A stretch of 31,489 nt of DNA. Source: a virus (taxonomy: Duplodnaviria; Caudoviricetes). The stretch covers positions 1 to 31,489 of the IMG/VR virus record IMGVR_UViG_3300037422_000337. The stretch is one strand, 5' to 3'. Shown one piece after another: positions 1 to 8,351 of this stretch. Within the stretch, counting starts at the first letter, position 1; every line of letters starts with the position of its first letter. The notes beneath the pieces are model-generated. The model was not told the origin of the DNA. It was given only the letters and a program-made list of their open reading frames with translations, and searched no databases. Position numbers and translations under genes: made by a program.

Positions 1-120
1 ATTTACACCAACCAATTTTCCTGTATAAAAGTAATTAGCGCAAAAAAGAGTAACTTTTTTACCAATCAGTGCCTCTAGCCCTTCTCCAGATACTTCAACA
101 ACTTCTTGTAATACCTTTAT
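1..120 (-). CDS. Partial small phage protein (Sm/Hfq-like fold suspected); apparent ATA start; runs off the window edge
   Basis: Minus strand reads AAGGAGAATAAAA then ATA AAG GTA..., giving IKVLQEVVEVSGEGLEALIGKKVTLFCANYFYTGKLVGVN with no stop before position 1. Not in the ORF track. Confidence 0.55.
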   Translation of the reverse strand, partial: MKVLQEVVEVSGEGLEALIGKKVTLFCANYFYTGKLVGVN

Positions 121-145
121 TTTTATTCTCCTTTTGTTTTAAAGT

Positions 146-667
146 TTAGATCATTTTTCGATAATTTGCAATATCAAAAATCTTACAATTCGAGAATTCA
201 TTTTCTGACAATGGATCGACGAATTTAACTATAATAGCTTTTTTGGTTAGTTCAACTTCGCTTTTTTGTTCTAATTTACCAGTTTTGATCGAACGTACTG
301 TATAATAAGTTTTATCAAATTGTTTTGTAATTACTTCAATCCTCCAAACGGATTTATCTGGCATTTCAAGCACATCACCTACACAAAATAGATTCATATT
401 ATTGTCCTTTTTATTTGATTTTCGAATAAATTCATTTAATTGTACCCGTGTAAATAATTTTAATCCTTTTTTTAAGGTCCATTTTTGGACTCTTTTATCA
501 TCTGTAACAATACAATCACATTTAAAATTTAATGCCCTATTAAACCAATTCTCATCTTTTTCGCTAGTATTGGCAAATACTGGCACAAAATGTCCTTGTC
601 TAAATAAATATAATTGTTCTTTTAAACTTACACAGACATCAACACCAAAACGCATATTATTCTCCAT
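146..667 (-). CDS. Hypothetical protein (173 aa)
   Basis: ORF track; start overlaps the end of the upstream gene; co-oriented with the arm. Confidence 0.7.
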   Translation of the reverse strand: MENNMRFGVDVCVSLKEQLYLFRQGHFVPVFANTSEKDENWFNRALNFKCDCIVTDDKRVQKWTLKKGLKLFTRVQLNEFIRKSNKKDNNMNLFCVGDVLEMPDKSVWRIEVITKQFDKTYYTVRSIKTGKLEQKSEVELTKKAIIVKFVDPLSENEFSNCKIFDIANYRKMI

Positions 668-887
668 ATTTCATTACGTCTTTATACGAATCATAAGCCC
701 AACTTGCAGCATTTTCATAAGCATCCCCATATAATTCGGATTGGTATGCTTCAGTCAATTCTTCGCATTCGGCCTCAGTCAAATTAGTTTCATCATCCAG
801 AAAAACAGCATCAATAACATTGACACCTTCTCCAATTGCAAAATCAATTTCCAATACTTCGACTTCTCGGTTATTAAATTTATACAT
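657..887 (-). CDS. Small, highly acidic protein (76 aa), DNA-mimic candidate
   Basis: SD-like AAGGGAG upstream; 20 D/E against 4 K/R. Confidence 0.75.
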   Translation of the reverse strand: MYKFNNREVEVLEIDFAIGEGVNVIDAVFLDDETNLTEAECEELTEAYQSELYGDAYENAASWAYDSYKDVMKYGE

Positions 888-905
888 TATTTTCTCCCTT
901 TCATT

Positions 906-934
906 ATAATACTCTTTTTAGTTTTATTTTTCTA
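906..934 (-). promoter_or_regulatory. Putative sigma70-type promoter for the 887 gene
   Basis: Minus strand TAGAAA-N17-TATTAT, overlapping a TATAAT, just upstream of the SD. Confidence 0.4.
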
Positions 935-955
935 CTAATCAATTGTGTTTTTTCC

Positions 956-984
956 TTGCTTTTTGATTAAAAGTGTGATACAAT
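956..984 (+). promoter_or_regulatory. Putative sigma70-type promoter, antisense to the early arm
   Basis: TTGCTT-N17-TACAAT with an extended -10 TG. Confidence 0.4.
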
Positions 985-1122
985 AAATTCTTTCTTGAAC
1001 TGCATTATTAACAGTATCAGATAAAATGTATCATGATGTAATAACTAGCCGAAGTGTGTCTTGAACATTAATAGTATAAGAACTATTGTATAGATAAACA
1101 ATGCATATTTGTATTGATTCAT
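967..1122 (-). pseudogene. Small hydrophobic ORF, possibly interrupted by an amber codon at 1045-1047
   Basis: ATGA-coupled start at 1122: MNQYKYALFIYTIVLILLMFKTHFG*; the same frame continues LLHHDTFYLILLIMQFKKEFIVSHF* to 967. Confidence 0.3.
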
Positions 1123-1295
1123 TCTTTATTCCTTGGTTTCTTAATTGCTTTAAAAGAATCATTATTTTGTCTTTGAAGCCATTCGACATTCTTTATAGCC
1201 TGTTCAATTTCTGGCGTATTCTTATTCTTTTTAAGATTTTCTAAGTGTTCAGGAAGGATAAAATACATTTGCTCATCTTTTATTTCAGCGCTCAT
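1119..1295 (-). CDS. Hypothetical protein (~58 aa)
   Basis: ORF track 1119..1307; the ATG at 1295 overlaps the upstream TGA and is the likelier start. Confidence 0.6.
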   Translation of the reverse strand: MSAEIKDEQMYFILPEHLENLKKNKNTPEIEQAIKNVEWLQRQNNDSFKAIKKPRNKE

Positions 1296-1624
1296 AGTTT
1301 TTCCCAATGTTTTTCAATGAAATCGGCAATTTCTTTAAATGAAGTTCCATTATCATTTATACCAACTAGATTTGAATCAGCTATGCCGTCTATTTTACCA
1401 TTATCACTCTCCATACCTGACCAATTTTGAATGGGTTGTGGTAACACAAGATTTTTATCCCCTGAAACGTCACACATTTTAGTAAAGTTATTTTTATATG
1501 GACTAATAGCTGACAAAACTCCCAAACAACAATATTCATTGCCGTTTTTCAAACAACCCTCACCTTGTTTGTATTTACCAGATCTCAACGCCTTTACCCA
1601 TTTTTTCATAACAGATTGTTTCAT
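1292..1624 (-). CDS. Conserved-looking phage protein (WVKALRSGKYKQG...CCLGV motif)
   Basis: Motif recognised from small phage proteins; ATG at 1624 overlaps the upstream stop and follows AAGGAA. Confidence 0.75.
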   Translation of the reverse strand: MKQSVMKKWVKALRSGKYKQGEGCLKNGNEYCCLGVLSAISPYKNNFTKMCDVSGDKNLVLPQPIQNWSGMESDNGKIDGIADSNLVGINDNGTSFKEIADFIEKHWEKL

Positions 1625-2031
1625 TGTTTTATTCCTTTCAAGTAAGTTAGTACTTCTTCGGACGTTCCCCAAACTGCATTTAAATCAATAGCTCGCTGTA
1701 TATAAGTTGCAATCCGCGTCAAATGCCCTTGTGGGATTGGTTTACCCTCACGTTTCAAGTACCGTTCCGAAGTGACATCAACTGTCTCAATAATAAATAC
1801 AGGAGTTACTTCAAACCCTTTCGCTGTCAACGGCTCGACAATCTTTGACACACTGAAAGGGGTTTCAATTAACAAAGGTTTCAAGGCAATTTTGCTATAT
1901 TCCTGAATAGCTTCAATATATCCCTTTGGATATAAATCATGCGGCACATAGTCGAATTGATCTTTCAATTGATTGCATACCCACGATTTACCCGATCCAG
2001 GAACGCCAACAACTAGATATACGGTTTTCAT
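1621..2031 (-). CDS. P-loop kinase-like protein (AAA_33/nucleotide kinase type)
   Basis: N-terminal VYLVVGVPGSGKS Walker A; 136 aa. Confidence 0.8.
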   Translation of the reverse strand: MKTVYLVVGVPGSGKSWVCNQLKDQFDYVPHDLYPKGYIEAIQEYSKIALKPLLIETPFSVSKIVEPLTAKGFEVTPVFIIETVDVTSERYLKREGKPIPQGHLTRIATYIQRAIDLNAVWGTSEEVLTYLKGIKQ

Positions 2032-2034
2032 TTT

Positions 2035-2151
2035 TTATAAACCTACTTTTTTAAACATATCACGAATACAACGTCTATTAAGTTCTTTAGAAATTTGTTT
2101 GTAAATTTCTTCAAGTTGACGCATCAATTCTTTTAATTCTTCATCTGACAT
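2035..2151 (-). CDS. Small helical protein (38 aa)
   Basis: MSDEELKELMRQLEEIYKQISKELNRRCIRDMFKKVGL; fills the gap between neighbouring genes; below the ORF-track cutoff. Confidence 0.55.
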   Translation of the reverse strand: MSDEELKELMRQLEEIYKQISKELNRRCIRDMFKKVGL

Positions 2152-2158
2152 ATAACTC

Positions 2159-3274
2159 TCATCCAATTTTAATTTGCGTACCTTTCAAATGTTTGGCATC
2201 ACAATTTCCAATGATACCCCAAAGGATTGGACATTTAACATTCTTAGGTGCTGGAGCATCACCATCCGTGAGAATAATAATAAGATCGGGTCGCACTTTA
2301 GTTGCATGATCAATCACGCATTGGAAGTTTGTTCCGCCGCCAGCATAGCGCGGCGGAATATCAGTAACTTTACTTAGTTTCATTTCTTTCGCAACTTGGG
2401 TATCAAAAAAGATAACATCTGTCTTATCTTTAGATACATCCAAGATCCATTTCATTTCTGAAATAGCTTGTTCTACCATTTTATTGTCCATTGATCCAGA
2501 TTCGTCAATACCGATGAGAATCTTAGCGGTTTCCAATCGTTTGATACCCGGTGAAATAAAACCCATCCGCCGATTAGGACGGTTACGGGTATTTTCTGTT
2601 TCAGACGAATATTTACGACCAATATAAGATCGCAAACGTTGTTTCCAATTAACTTTAGATTTATTTAATTCGGTATCCTTCATTGCTTGTTCAATTGCTT
2701 GAGGAATATTGCCCATTCCGGCAGCGTTTGCGGTTTCTTGTGCTTGTTTAAGCATTTTATCAAGCGTTGCATCTTTCATTTCTTGGGACAAACCTTGTCC
2801 CTGTCCCGCTTGATCGTCGCTTTGGCCCGGTTGATCCCAATCATGGGAATCCAAGGGATCTTGTTTCGGACGTGGTTGTTTAAATAATTCTACATAATAG
2901 AATTCAAACGCTTTACCGCGTGGTAACTGGTATTGTTCGGGCAACAATGCTTTAGGCGGTAAGAATTCTTTAGGAATGTATTGATTAATAGCAATGTTCA
3001 TTGCAACATTCGCTAGTTGTTTGTCGGTCAAACTCTCCCAACGAACTAGATGCTTCATTGCAACGTGCAGTGTTTCGCGCATTAACAATCCAACACGGGC
3101 CTTTTCTTCTAATCCATAGAAGAATTTTTCGTTAATGCTTAATTCAATATTGCCGATCTCATTCATTCTGACACCGGCAGTAGGGATATCCTTTCGCCAT
3201 GCGAATATGAATTGACTAAGCATTGATGCATACCAAGGATATTCTGTAGCCATATAAATACGTGTTTTTTCCAT
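2159..3274 (-). CDS. DUF2201-type protein: N-terminal metallopeptidase-like domain plus C-terminal vWA domain
   Basis: IPTAGV; RETLH...H in the HExxH position; NRPNRR linker; MIDAS DESGS, GGGT and LTDG; sits downstream of a MoxR-type ATPase. Confidence 0.88.
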   Translation of the reverse strand: MEKTRIYMATEYPWYASMLSQFIFAWRKDIPTAGVRMNEIGNIELSINEKFFYGLEEKARVGLLMRETLHVAMKHLVRWESLTDKQLANVAMNIAINQYIPKEFLPPKALLPEQYQLPRGKAFEFYYVELFKQPRPKQDPLDSHDWDQPGQSDDQAGQGQGLSQEMKDATLDKMLKQAQETANAAGMGNIPQAIEQAMKDTELNKSKVNWKQRLRSYIGRKYSSETENTRNRPNRRMGFISPGIKRLETAKILIGIDESGSMDNKMVEQAISEMKWILDVSKDKTDVIFFDTQVAKEMKLSKVTDIPPRYAGGGTNFQCVIDHATKVRPDLIIILTDGDAPAPKNVKCPILWGIIGNCDAKHLKGTQIKIG

Positions 3275-3303
3275 TGTTTTTTCCTTAAGAATTTTTTATT
3301 TAG

Positions 3304-3372
3304 ACAATAAAAGCGGCCCTGTCTTGTGACAATGATTTAAGTAAACTAAGACTGTTTACCCGCTCTTATTGT
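3304..3372 (-). ncRNA. Candidate structured intergenic RNA (three-way junction)
   Basis: 13-bp closing stem 3304-3316/3360-3372, whose single mismatch is a G-U pair on the minus strand; encloses hairpins at 3341-3359 and 3319-3332. Confidence 0.45.
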
Positions 3373-3373
3373 T

Positions 3374-4459
3374 TTATGCGACCGCCGTTGCAGCCGACAT
3401 TTGGTTAATTTTTTCACGCAATTCAGGATCAGACAAGAATTGATCACTCCATCCCGGCAATTCGAACAATTCTTTAATTGCGGCGAATGCGCAATCATCG
3501 GGCAGCATTTTAATAAATACTTTAACATTGTTAATATTCTTAGTTGCCAACGCGTGATTGTTAATAGAAAATCTAACCAAGTTATTAATGCTTTGATTCA
3601 ATAAATCAACGCGCATTCGTTCCGGGTTACACATTTTAATAATTCTATCTTTAGCATTCTTATCCAATTGAAGGATCTCCAATGCATCCAAAGGCAATTC
3701 AGACACTCCAAACGATTGCATGAATGCCGTTGCAAGGTCTGGGCCTACAACACCACGAATGCATTCAGTCTTAAGGGCATAACTCATAGGCAACTTGTGA
3801 ATCATACCAACACGTTCCCAAGATCTTTCAGAGTATTTAATTTCAACTGGGAATGATTCATCCTTCTTATCAACTACATAGAGCGCTTTAGGATCATTCT
3901 CGATGAATTTCACAACGTCAGGATGAATCACATTAGACGACCGCGCCCAATCCAACCATGCATTCGTATCACTGGATACTTTTAAATGCATGAATCGATC
4001 TCTAAGACTTTCAGACATTGGAGTAACATCATACCTTTCATCGTCTGGGTTGCCCGCGCACACAATGAATACCGAATCAGGCAACTTCATATTATTAAGG
4101 CGACGATCCAAAACTAGTTCAAATGCAGCGTTTGCAACTTCTTTACGGGCCATGTTAAATTCATCTAAGAATAGGACAACGTTGCCTTTCTTTAGTGCAG
4201 TTGCAAACCAATCCGGTGGATGGGATGCTGTAACACTCATTCCGAGCGCTTTATTTTCGTAAATATAAAGAACGCCTGCAATGTCAACTGCTTCCTTTTG
4301 AGAGAGAATGATCGAATATACATCATATCCCAGCTTCTTGCCAACTTGATGCACGGCGCTTGATTTACCAACACCGTGTCTCCCCCATAGCATCGGCGTG
4401 ATTGGTGCTTTAGTTTGAATCAACGTTTCAAGTACAGTTTGTACGTTTAGGATATTCAT
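3374..4459 (-). CDS. MoxR-like AAA+ ATPase (AAA_5 type)
   Basis: Walker A GRHGVGKS, Walker B LFLDE, sensor AGNP, LRDRF arginine finger, RSWE. Confidence 0.9.
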   Translation of the reverse strand: MNILNVQTVLETLIQTKAPITPMLWGRHGVGKSSAVHQVGKKLGYDVYSIILSQKEAVDIAGVLYIYENKALGMSVTASHPPDWFATALKKGNVVLFLDEFNMARKEVANAAFELVLDRRLNNMKLPDSVFIVCAGNPDDERYDVTPMSESLRDRFMHLKVSSDTNAWLDWARSSNVIHPDVVKFIENDPKALYVVDKKDESFPVEIKYSERSWERVGMIHKLPMSYALKTECIRGVVGPDLATAFMQSFGVSELPLDALEILQLDKNAKDRIIKMCNPERMRVDLLNQSINNLVRFSINNHALATKNINNVKVFIKMLPDDCAFAAIKELFELPGWSDQFLSDPELREKINQMSAATAVA

Positions 4460-4662
4460 TGTTTTTTACTCCGTATTTTTAATAAGTTACGAATTTCTTC
4501 AATTGATTCATTATCGGCTATATTAGGGATCTTCTCTAATTCATTGGATGCAATAACTTCGAGTATTTTCTCGTGACGCGGATCGTCCTTATGTATTGTA
4601 ACAGTCTTATCCCCAAAATTCACGACTAATGAATCTTTAAATATTAAATACTTGTAATTCAT
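4456..4662 (-). CDS. Short protein resembling the N-terminus of phage rIIB-like proteins (68 aa)
   Basis: Directly follows the rIIA-like gene with ATGA coupling; YLIFKDSLVVNFGDKTVTIHKDD resembles rIIB N-termini (from memory, not searched). Confidence 0.5.
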   Translation of the reverse strand: MNYKYLIFKDSLVVNFGDKTVTIHKDDPRHEKILEVIASNELEKIPNIADNESIEEIRNLLKIRSKKQ

Positions 4663-6779
4663 TTTGTTTCGTATTTCGTGTTTAAATATAAAATCAAATC
4701 ATCGTATGCTACATCGTCTGTATTTTTATAACTGATCTCAAAGCTTGAATCTAGATACCTTAACAATGGATACTTATCAAACGCTTGCATCTTCGCTTTG
4801 ATTGCATCCGCTTGAAGTCTGTATTTCGGATACTTAGCATCAAACACATTTAATAGTTTAATTAATTCATTTGATTCATTTCGCCGTGAACTATTATTTC
4901 GACTACTCTGAAATTGATTAAGCGTATCTATAGCCGATTGCAATTCAGTATCCTTAATACTAGATTGACGTTGTTTAAATTCTTTACGACCCACAAGATA
5001 TGCAATTGAATCATTAATATCCGTAGTAGCTTCGTTAATAATTAATGATTTAAAATGCTGTTTCCCTTTGTCAGTCAAATATTGACAAGGATCTTGCCAG
5101 AATGTGTAAACTGTTATAAAATTATCATTCCCGACAATTTTCTTTTCAGCCGATTCACTAACAAACCCAAGATCCATATCACAATATGATAAGAGCACAG
5201 TTGCCAAACTCTTTAACGCTGATTTTTGCGTAGTGAATTCGGTTGATTCACTTTTTTTAACTGCATATACAAAGCGTTTGGTGTTTGTATTTAGATCAAT
5301 AGGCGTTCCCTCATGCCCACGACCGCCACGACCGTAACGCGTGGGATCTGCAAACGTATGCACAATGATCTGACCAGCGGGTTTCTTAACTGACGGTATT
5401 TTTCGTTCTAATTCAACACTAGACAATGGAATAGCTTCGAATTCAAGCGCGTATTTTAACAATACAACTTTATCGTCTGACGAAAGGACAATAGCCTGAC
5501 GTTTCGTATCCGAAGGCAAACTAAGCAAGTATTGTCTGACTTTAGAATATACAACGGCTTTGCCCACATCCTTATCAGCGTAGAATATTTCGTATTCGTG
5601 CATATTAGACCAAACCTTATCATATGATTCAAGTCTATACTTATCGTCTTTATTTCGGACCTTTTCAAGCGCTAACGATACGCTTTCAATAGTGTTATGT
5701 ATTTGACCGCATACTTTACCGTTTTGAAGTGAAACACCTAAAGTGGGTGCCTTATAGTCTTGAACTTCGACATCTATAACTTCATTGTATGCACCATACA
5801 CCTTAATAAATTGTCTAAGGGTTTGGCATTTATTTAATTCAGTCTTTAGTTGAGCATCAATTTTAATTAGGGATTGATTAACTAAGGTTTGCATTGCATC
5901 TCTATTTTCAGCATGATCAGACAAGGTTTCGCGGTTTGCTGATACTTCAATAACACCCGACGGGACATTAAGAGCGCATTTATAGTCGGTATTATGCCCA
6001 ACATTTATTGATACTGGGAGAGGATACGGAATACCGTCAATAACCAATAAATCAAAATTAAACCAATCAACACGCGAATCTTTAGTGTAATTAGAAACAT
6101 TATAAAATGTAATATTATCAACTTGCAATACAGGTTTTAGTGTTTTATACCATACCGGGATCTCTGTTGGTGATACACCACGTATTTTGGGACGCGTTTG
6201 CCAAAAGAATGTGCATCGATAAACAGCACGGGCAAACGATTCAAGATCATACTGACCAACTGCAACTTGGATCTCTGTTCCGTTTGGCTCACTCGTGGGG
6301 GATTCATTAATTAGATCCATTGTGCCTGAATTTTTCTTGCCAAGATGCGCCGAATAATGATATGCAATACCATTGTAATACGAAATAACTTGAAAGTTGT
6401 CAGTGTATGCCCACGCGCTCTTAGCTCCAATCCCAAACCCGCCGGTTTGAGTATTATCAGCGCGTTTAGTTGAACTACAATAGTTTACAAACACGTTTGC
6501 AATACGTTCCGGACTAATCCCGCAACCGTAATCCCTGACTCGGAATACTTTATTATTAGGACTAGGGATTGTTACAGTGATTTTTTCAGGCAATCCCGAT
6601 TCACGGCATGCATCCCGCGCATTGCTAATGTATTCCTGTACTAAGGTTTGAATCGGATTAGAATATAGGCGTTTCCGAAGGATCTCGATCACCATTGCAG
6701 GATCGCCGATCCCAAAGTCTAGACTAGTGGCCTTAACATTGGTTTGAAGTTGCGTATTCAAAGCATTATTGATCTTCAT
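4659..6779 (-). CDS. rIIA: rIIA-like protein with N-terminal GHKL/Hsp90-type ATPase domain
   Basis: LYSNPIQTLVQEYISNARDA, VRDYGCGIS, STKR...GGFGIGAKS and NGTEI GHKL motifs; SD GAGG upstream. Confidence 0.8.
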   Translation of the reverse strand: MKINNALNTQLQTNVKATSLDFGIGDPAMVIEILRKRLYSNPIQTLVQEYISNARDACRESGLPEKITVTIPSPNNKVFRVRDYGCGISPERIANVFVNYCSSTKRADNTQTGGFGIGAKSAWAYTDNFQVISYYNGIAYHYSAHLGKKNSGTMDLINESPTSEPNGTEIQVAVGQYDLESFARAVYRCTFFWQTRPKIRGVSPTEIPVWYKTLKPVLQVDNITFYNVSNYTKDSRVDWFNFDLLVIDGIPYPLPVSINVGHNTDYKCALNVPSGVIEVSANRETLSDHAENRDAMQTLVNQSLIKIDAQLKTELNKCQTLRQFIKVYGAYNEVIDVEVQDYKAPTLGVSLQNGKVCGQIHNTIESVSLALEKVRNKDDKYRLESYDKVWSNMHEYEIFYADKDVGKAVVYSKVRQYLLSLPSDTKRQAIVLSSDDKVVLLKYALEFEAIPLSSVELERKIPSVKKPAGQIIVHTFADPTRYGRGGRGHEGTPIDLNTNTKRFVYAVKKSESTEFTTQKSALKSLATVLLSYCDMDLGFVSESAEKKIVGNDNFITVYTFWQDPCQYLTDKGKQHFKSLIINEATTDINDSIAYLVGRKEFKQRQSSIKDTELQSAIDTLNQFQSSRNNSSRRNESNELIKLLNVFDAKYPKYRLQADAIKAKMQAFDKYPLLRYLDSSFEISYKNTDDVAYDDLILYLNTKYETK

Positions 6780-6800
6780 AATTATTATCCTCTCGATTAA

Positions 6801-6914
6801 TTAATGGGATAAGATTGATGTATAACCATACAAGTACAATTCATAGTCAGTATTCGGAATGTCAAATGCAATACAATCCATATTATCAATATCATCAAAT
6901 AAATAATACTTCAT
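6801..6914 (-). CDS. Small acidic/aromatic peptide (37 aa)
   Basis: MKYYLFDDIDNMDCIAFDIPNTDYELYLYGYTSILSH; AAGG upstream; fills the intergenic gap. Confidence 0.45.
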   Translation of the reverse strand: MKYYLFDDIDNMDCIAFDIPNTDYELYLYGYTSILSH

Positions 6915-6918
6915 ATGT

Positions 6919-7293
6919 TTAACCTTTCAATCCTTTCAGTCTCATTCGTCGCGTGGTTTCAACGTCAATCAATTTTTCAAACACGCGGTTAACTTCTCGT
7001 TTGAGGTTATACCATTGTCTTAATTCTTCTCGTTTGCGTTCCGCTTGAGATCCGAATCCCGCTGCAACCATTAGATTAGAAAAGGCATTCTGAATTTTCT
7101 GGGTTTCGTGTTCGGTGTATTCCAGTTGTTCCGTTGCGGTTTCAGGCACGGGCTTAGGTGTTTGGCGTTGAGCTTGCCACGCATCCGGTGTTAATGGTAT
7201 TCCACCGTTCCGCACGGTTGTCTTTACATATGCATCGTATTCTAGAATCAATTTTGAATCATCCGAAGGATCTGCAAACGATCTTGCATTCAT
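6919..7293 (-). CDS. Hypothetical protein (124 aa)
   Basis: ORF track; AGGGA upstream; co-oriented with the arm. Confidence 0.7.
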   Translation of the reverse strand: MNARSFADPSDDSKLILEYDAYVKTTVRNGGIPLTPDAWQAQRQTPKPVPETATEQLEYTEHETQKIQNAFSNLMVAAGFGSQAERKREELRQWYNLKREVNRVFEKLIDVETTRRMRLKGLKG

Positions 7294-7315
7294 AATAACA
7301 CATTCCCTAGTTTAA

Positions 7316-7339
7316 GGGGGGACCTAAATTGATCCCCCC
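7316..7339 (-). terminator. GC-rich hairpin after the DUF932 gene (terminator or processing site)
   Basis: GGGGGGA-N10-TCCCCCC stem; only a weak U tail. Confidence 0.45.
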
Positions 7340-7348
7340 GAGGTTTGT

Positions 7349-8312
7349 TTAAGCGGCGATCTTAAGAGCGGTTTGCAATGCTTTGTCATTCAACTGACTG
7401 CCTTGTCCAAACCATGTCGAATCAAGTCTTAGATCACGATCCGATCCGCGTTCGTGTTGCAGGTATTCTGTTACGGCGTTGCATGCGGCCCACAAGGTAC
7501 CCTTGACACCGGGAAGATCATTCCCGCGACCATGCTCAAACAGAGGTTGAATTTTCTGCAATACCTTAGATTGGTTCCCGTTGTCAACTTTAGATTGATC
7601 AACCGCAAACACGATCTTGACATACCTTTCAAGCGTTGCCTGATCGATAGGCGTTGCAGCCAAACGCTTGTATTGTTCACATGTTGCTTCGAATTCACCC
7701 TTAGCAACGTTCATAATTTCAGATACAGCCTGCAATGCAACCAAGGCATTCTTAGTGTGTTTAATCTTAATCAACTTGGATGCATCCGAAGCAATTGCAG
7801 CCGATGCTGTATTATTGCATACAACACGGATCGGCGTGAATCCGAAGTGTATTCTAAGAGATCCATCATGCGAATGATAAAACAAGACATACAATTCCAT
7901 TTTATCACCAGGAACAACGTCAACGCCGCCAACATTGCATTTTCCTAAGATCCAGACACGTGATCCACCACGCAACGATGCAAACCGTTCCCGATACGTA
8001 TGCAACCGTTCGAAGTACAGACAATGCAATTCTAGGCACGGTTGGTGAACGCTATACCATTGTCCAGAATTCGGATGCATTCAAACCGTTCCAACCAATG
8101 CTTGATTCGAAGCTTGTAACACTTGAAACGGTTTGCATCGTTCCGTTAAGGTCAACGTGTACGGGCATTTTAGATACGTTCCAATCCAAACCCGCTGCTT
8201 TGATCGCCTCATCAATGGATGGTGGATTGTTTAGGTAAACTCCAAGGTTATGCCAAGGTTTGTCTGAATCCTTCTTTACAACTGTAAACATATTTTCAAT
8301 TTCATGAGCCAT
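7349..8312 (-). pseudogene. DUF932 (DUF945/TIGR03299-like) gene disrupted by an internal inversion and a +1 base
   Basis: N-terminus MAHEIE...PWHNLG...AAGLDWNV (minus); middle VRSTDNAILGTVGERYTIVQN (plus); C-terminus SLRGGSRVW...SHDGS...TPIRVVCNNT...IKHT (minus). Span is 964 nt = 321 codons + 1. Confidence 0.9.
7974..8142. repeat. Perfect 16-bp inverted repeat flanking a 137-bp inverted segment
   Basis: AACGATGCAAACCGTT (7974-7989) and AACGGTTTGCATCGTT (8127-8142). Confidence 0.95.
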
Positions 8313-8351
8313 TATAATACTCCGTTTCAGTTAATTAATTATAGAATTAAA

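Noticed and set aside
1045-1047. Genome-wide TAG recoding
   Set aside because: TAG ends several genes directly before the next SD or motif (12360, 19218, 21688), and long genes are uninterrupted in the standard code.
7974-8142. A simple recombinase-driven ON/OFF invertible switch
   Set aside because: An exact flip leaves a +1 frameshift, so neither orientation of this allele is intact, and no recombinase gene is in the window.
7960-8312. Track ORFs 7960..8238 (+), 8052..8312 (-) and 7349..8080 (-) as three separate genes
   Set aside because: They are fragments of one DUF932 gene split by the inversion.
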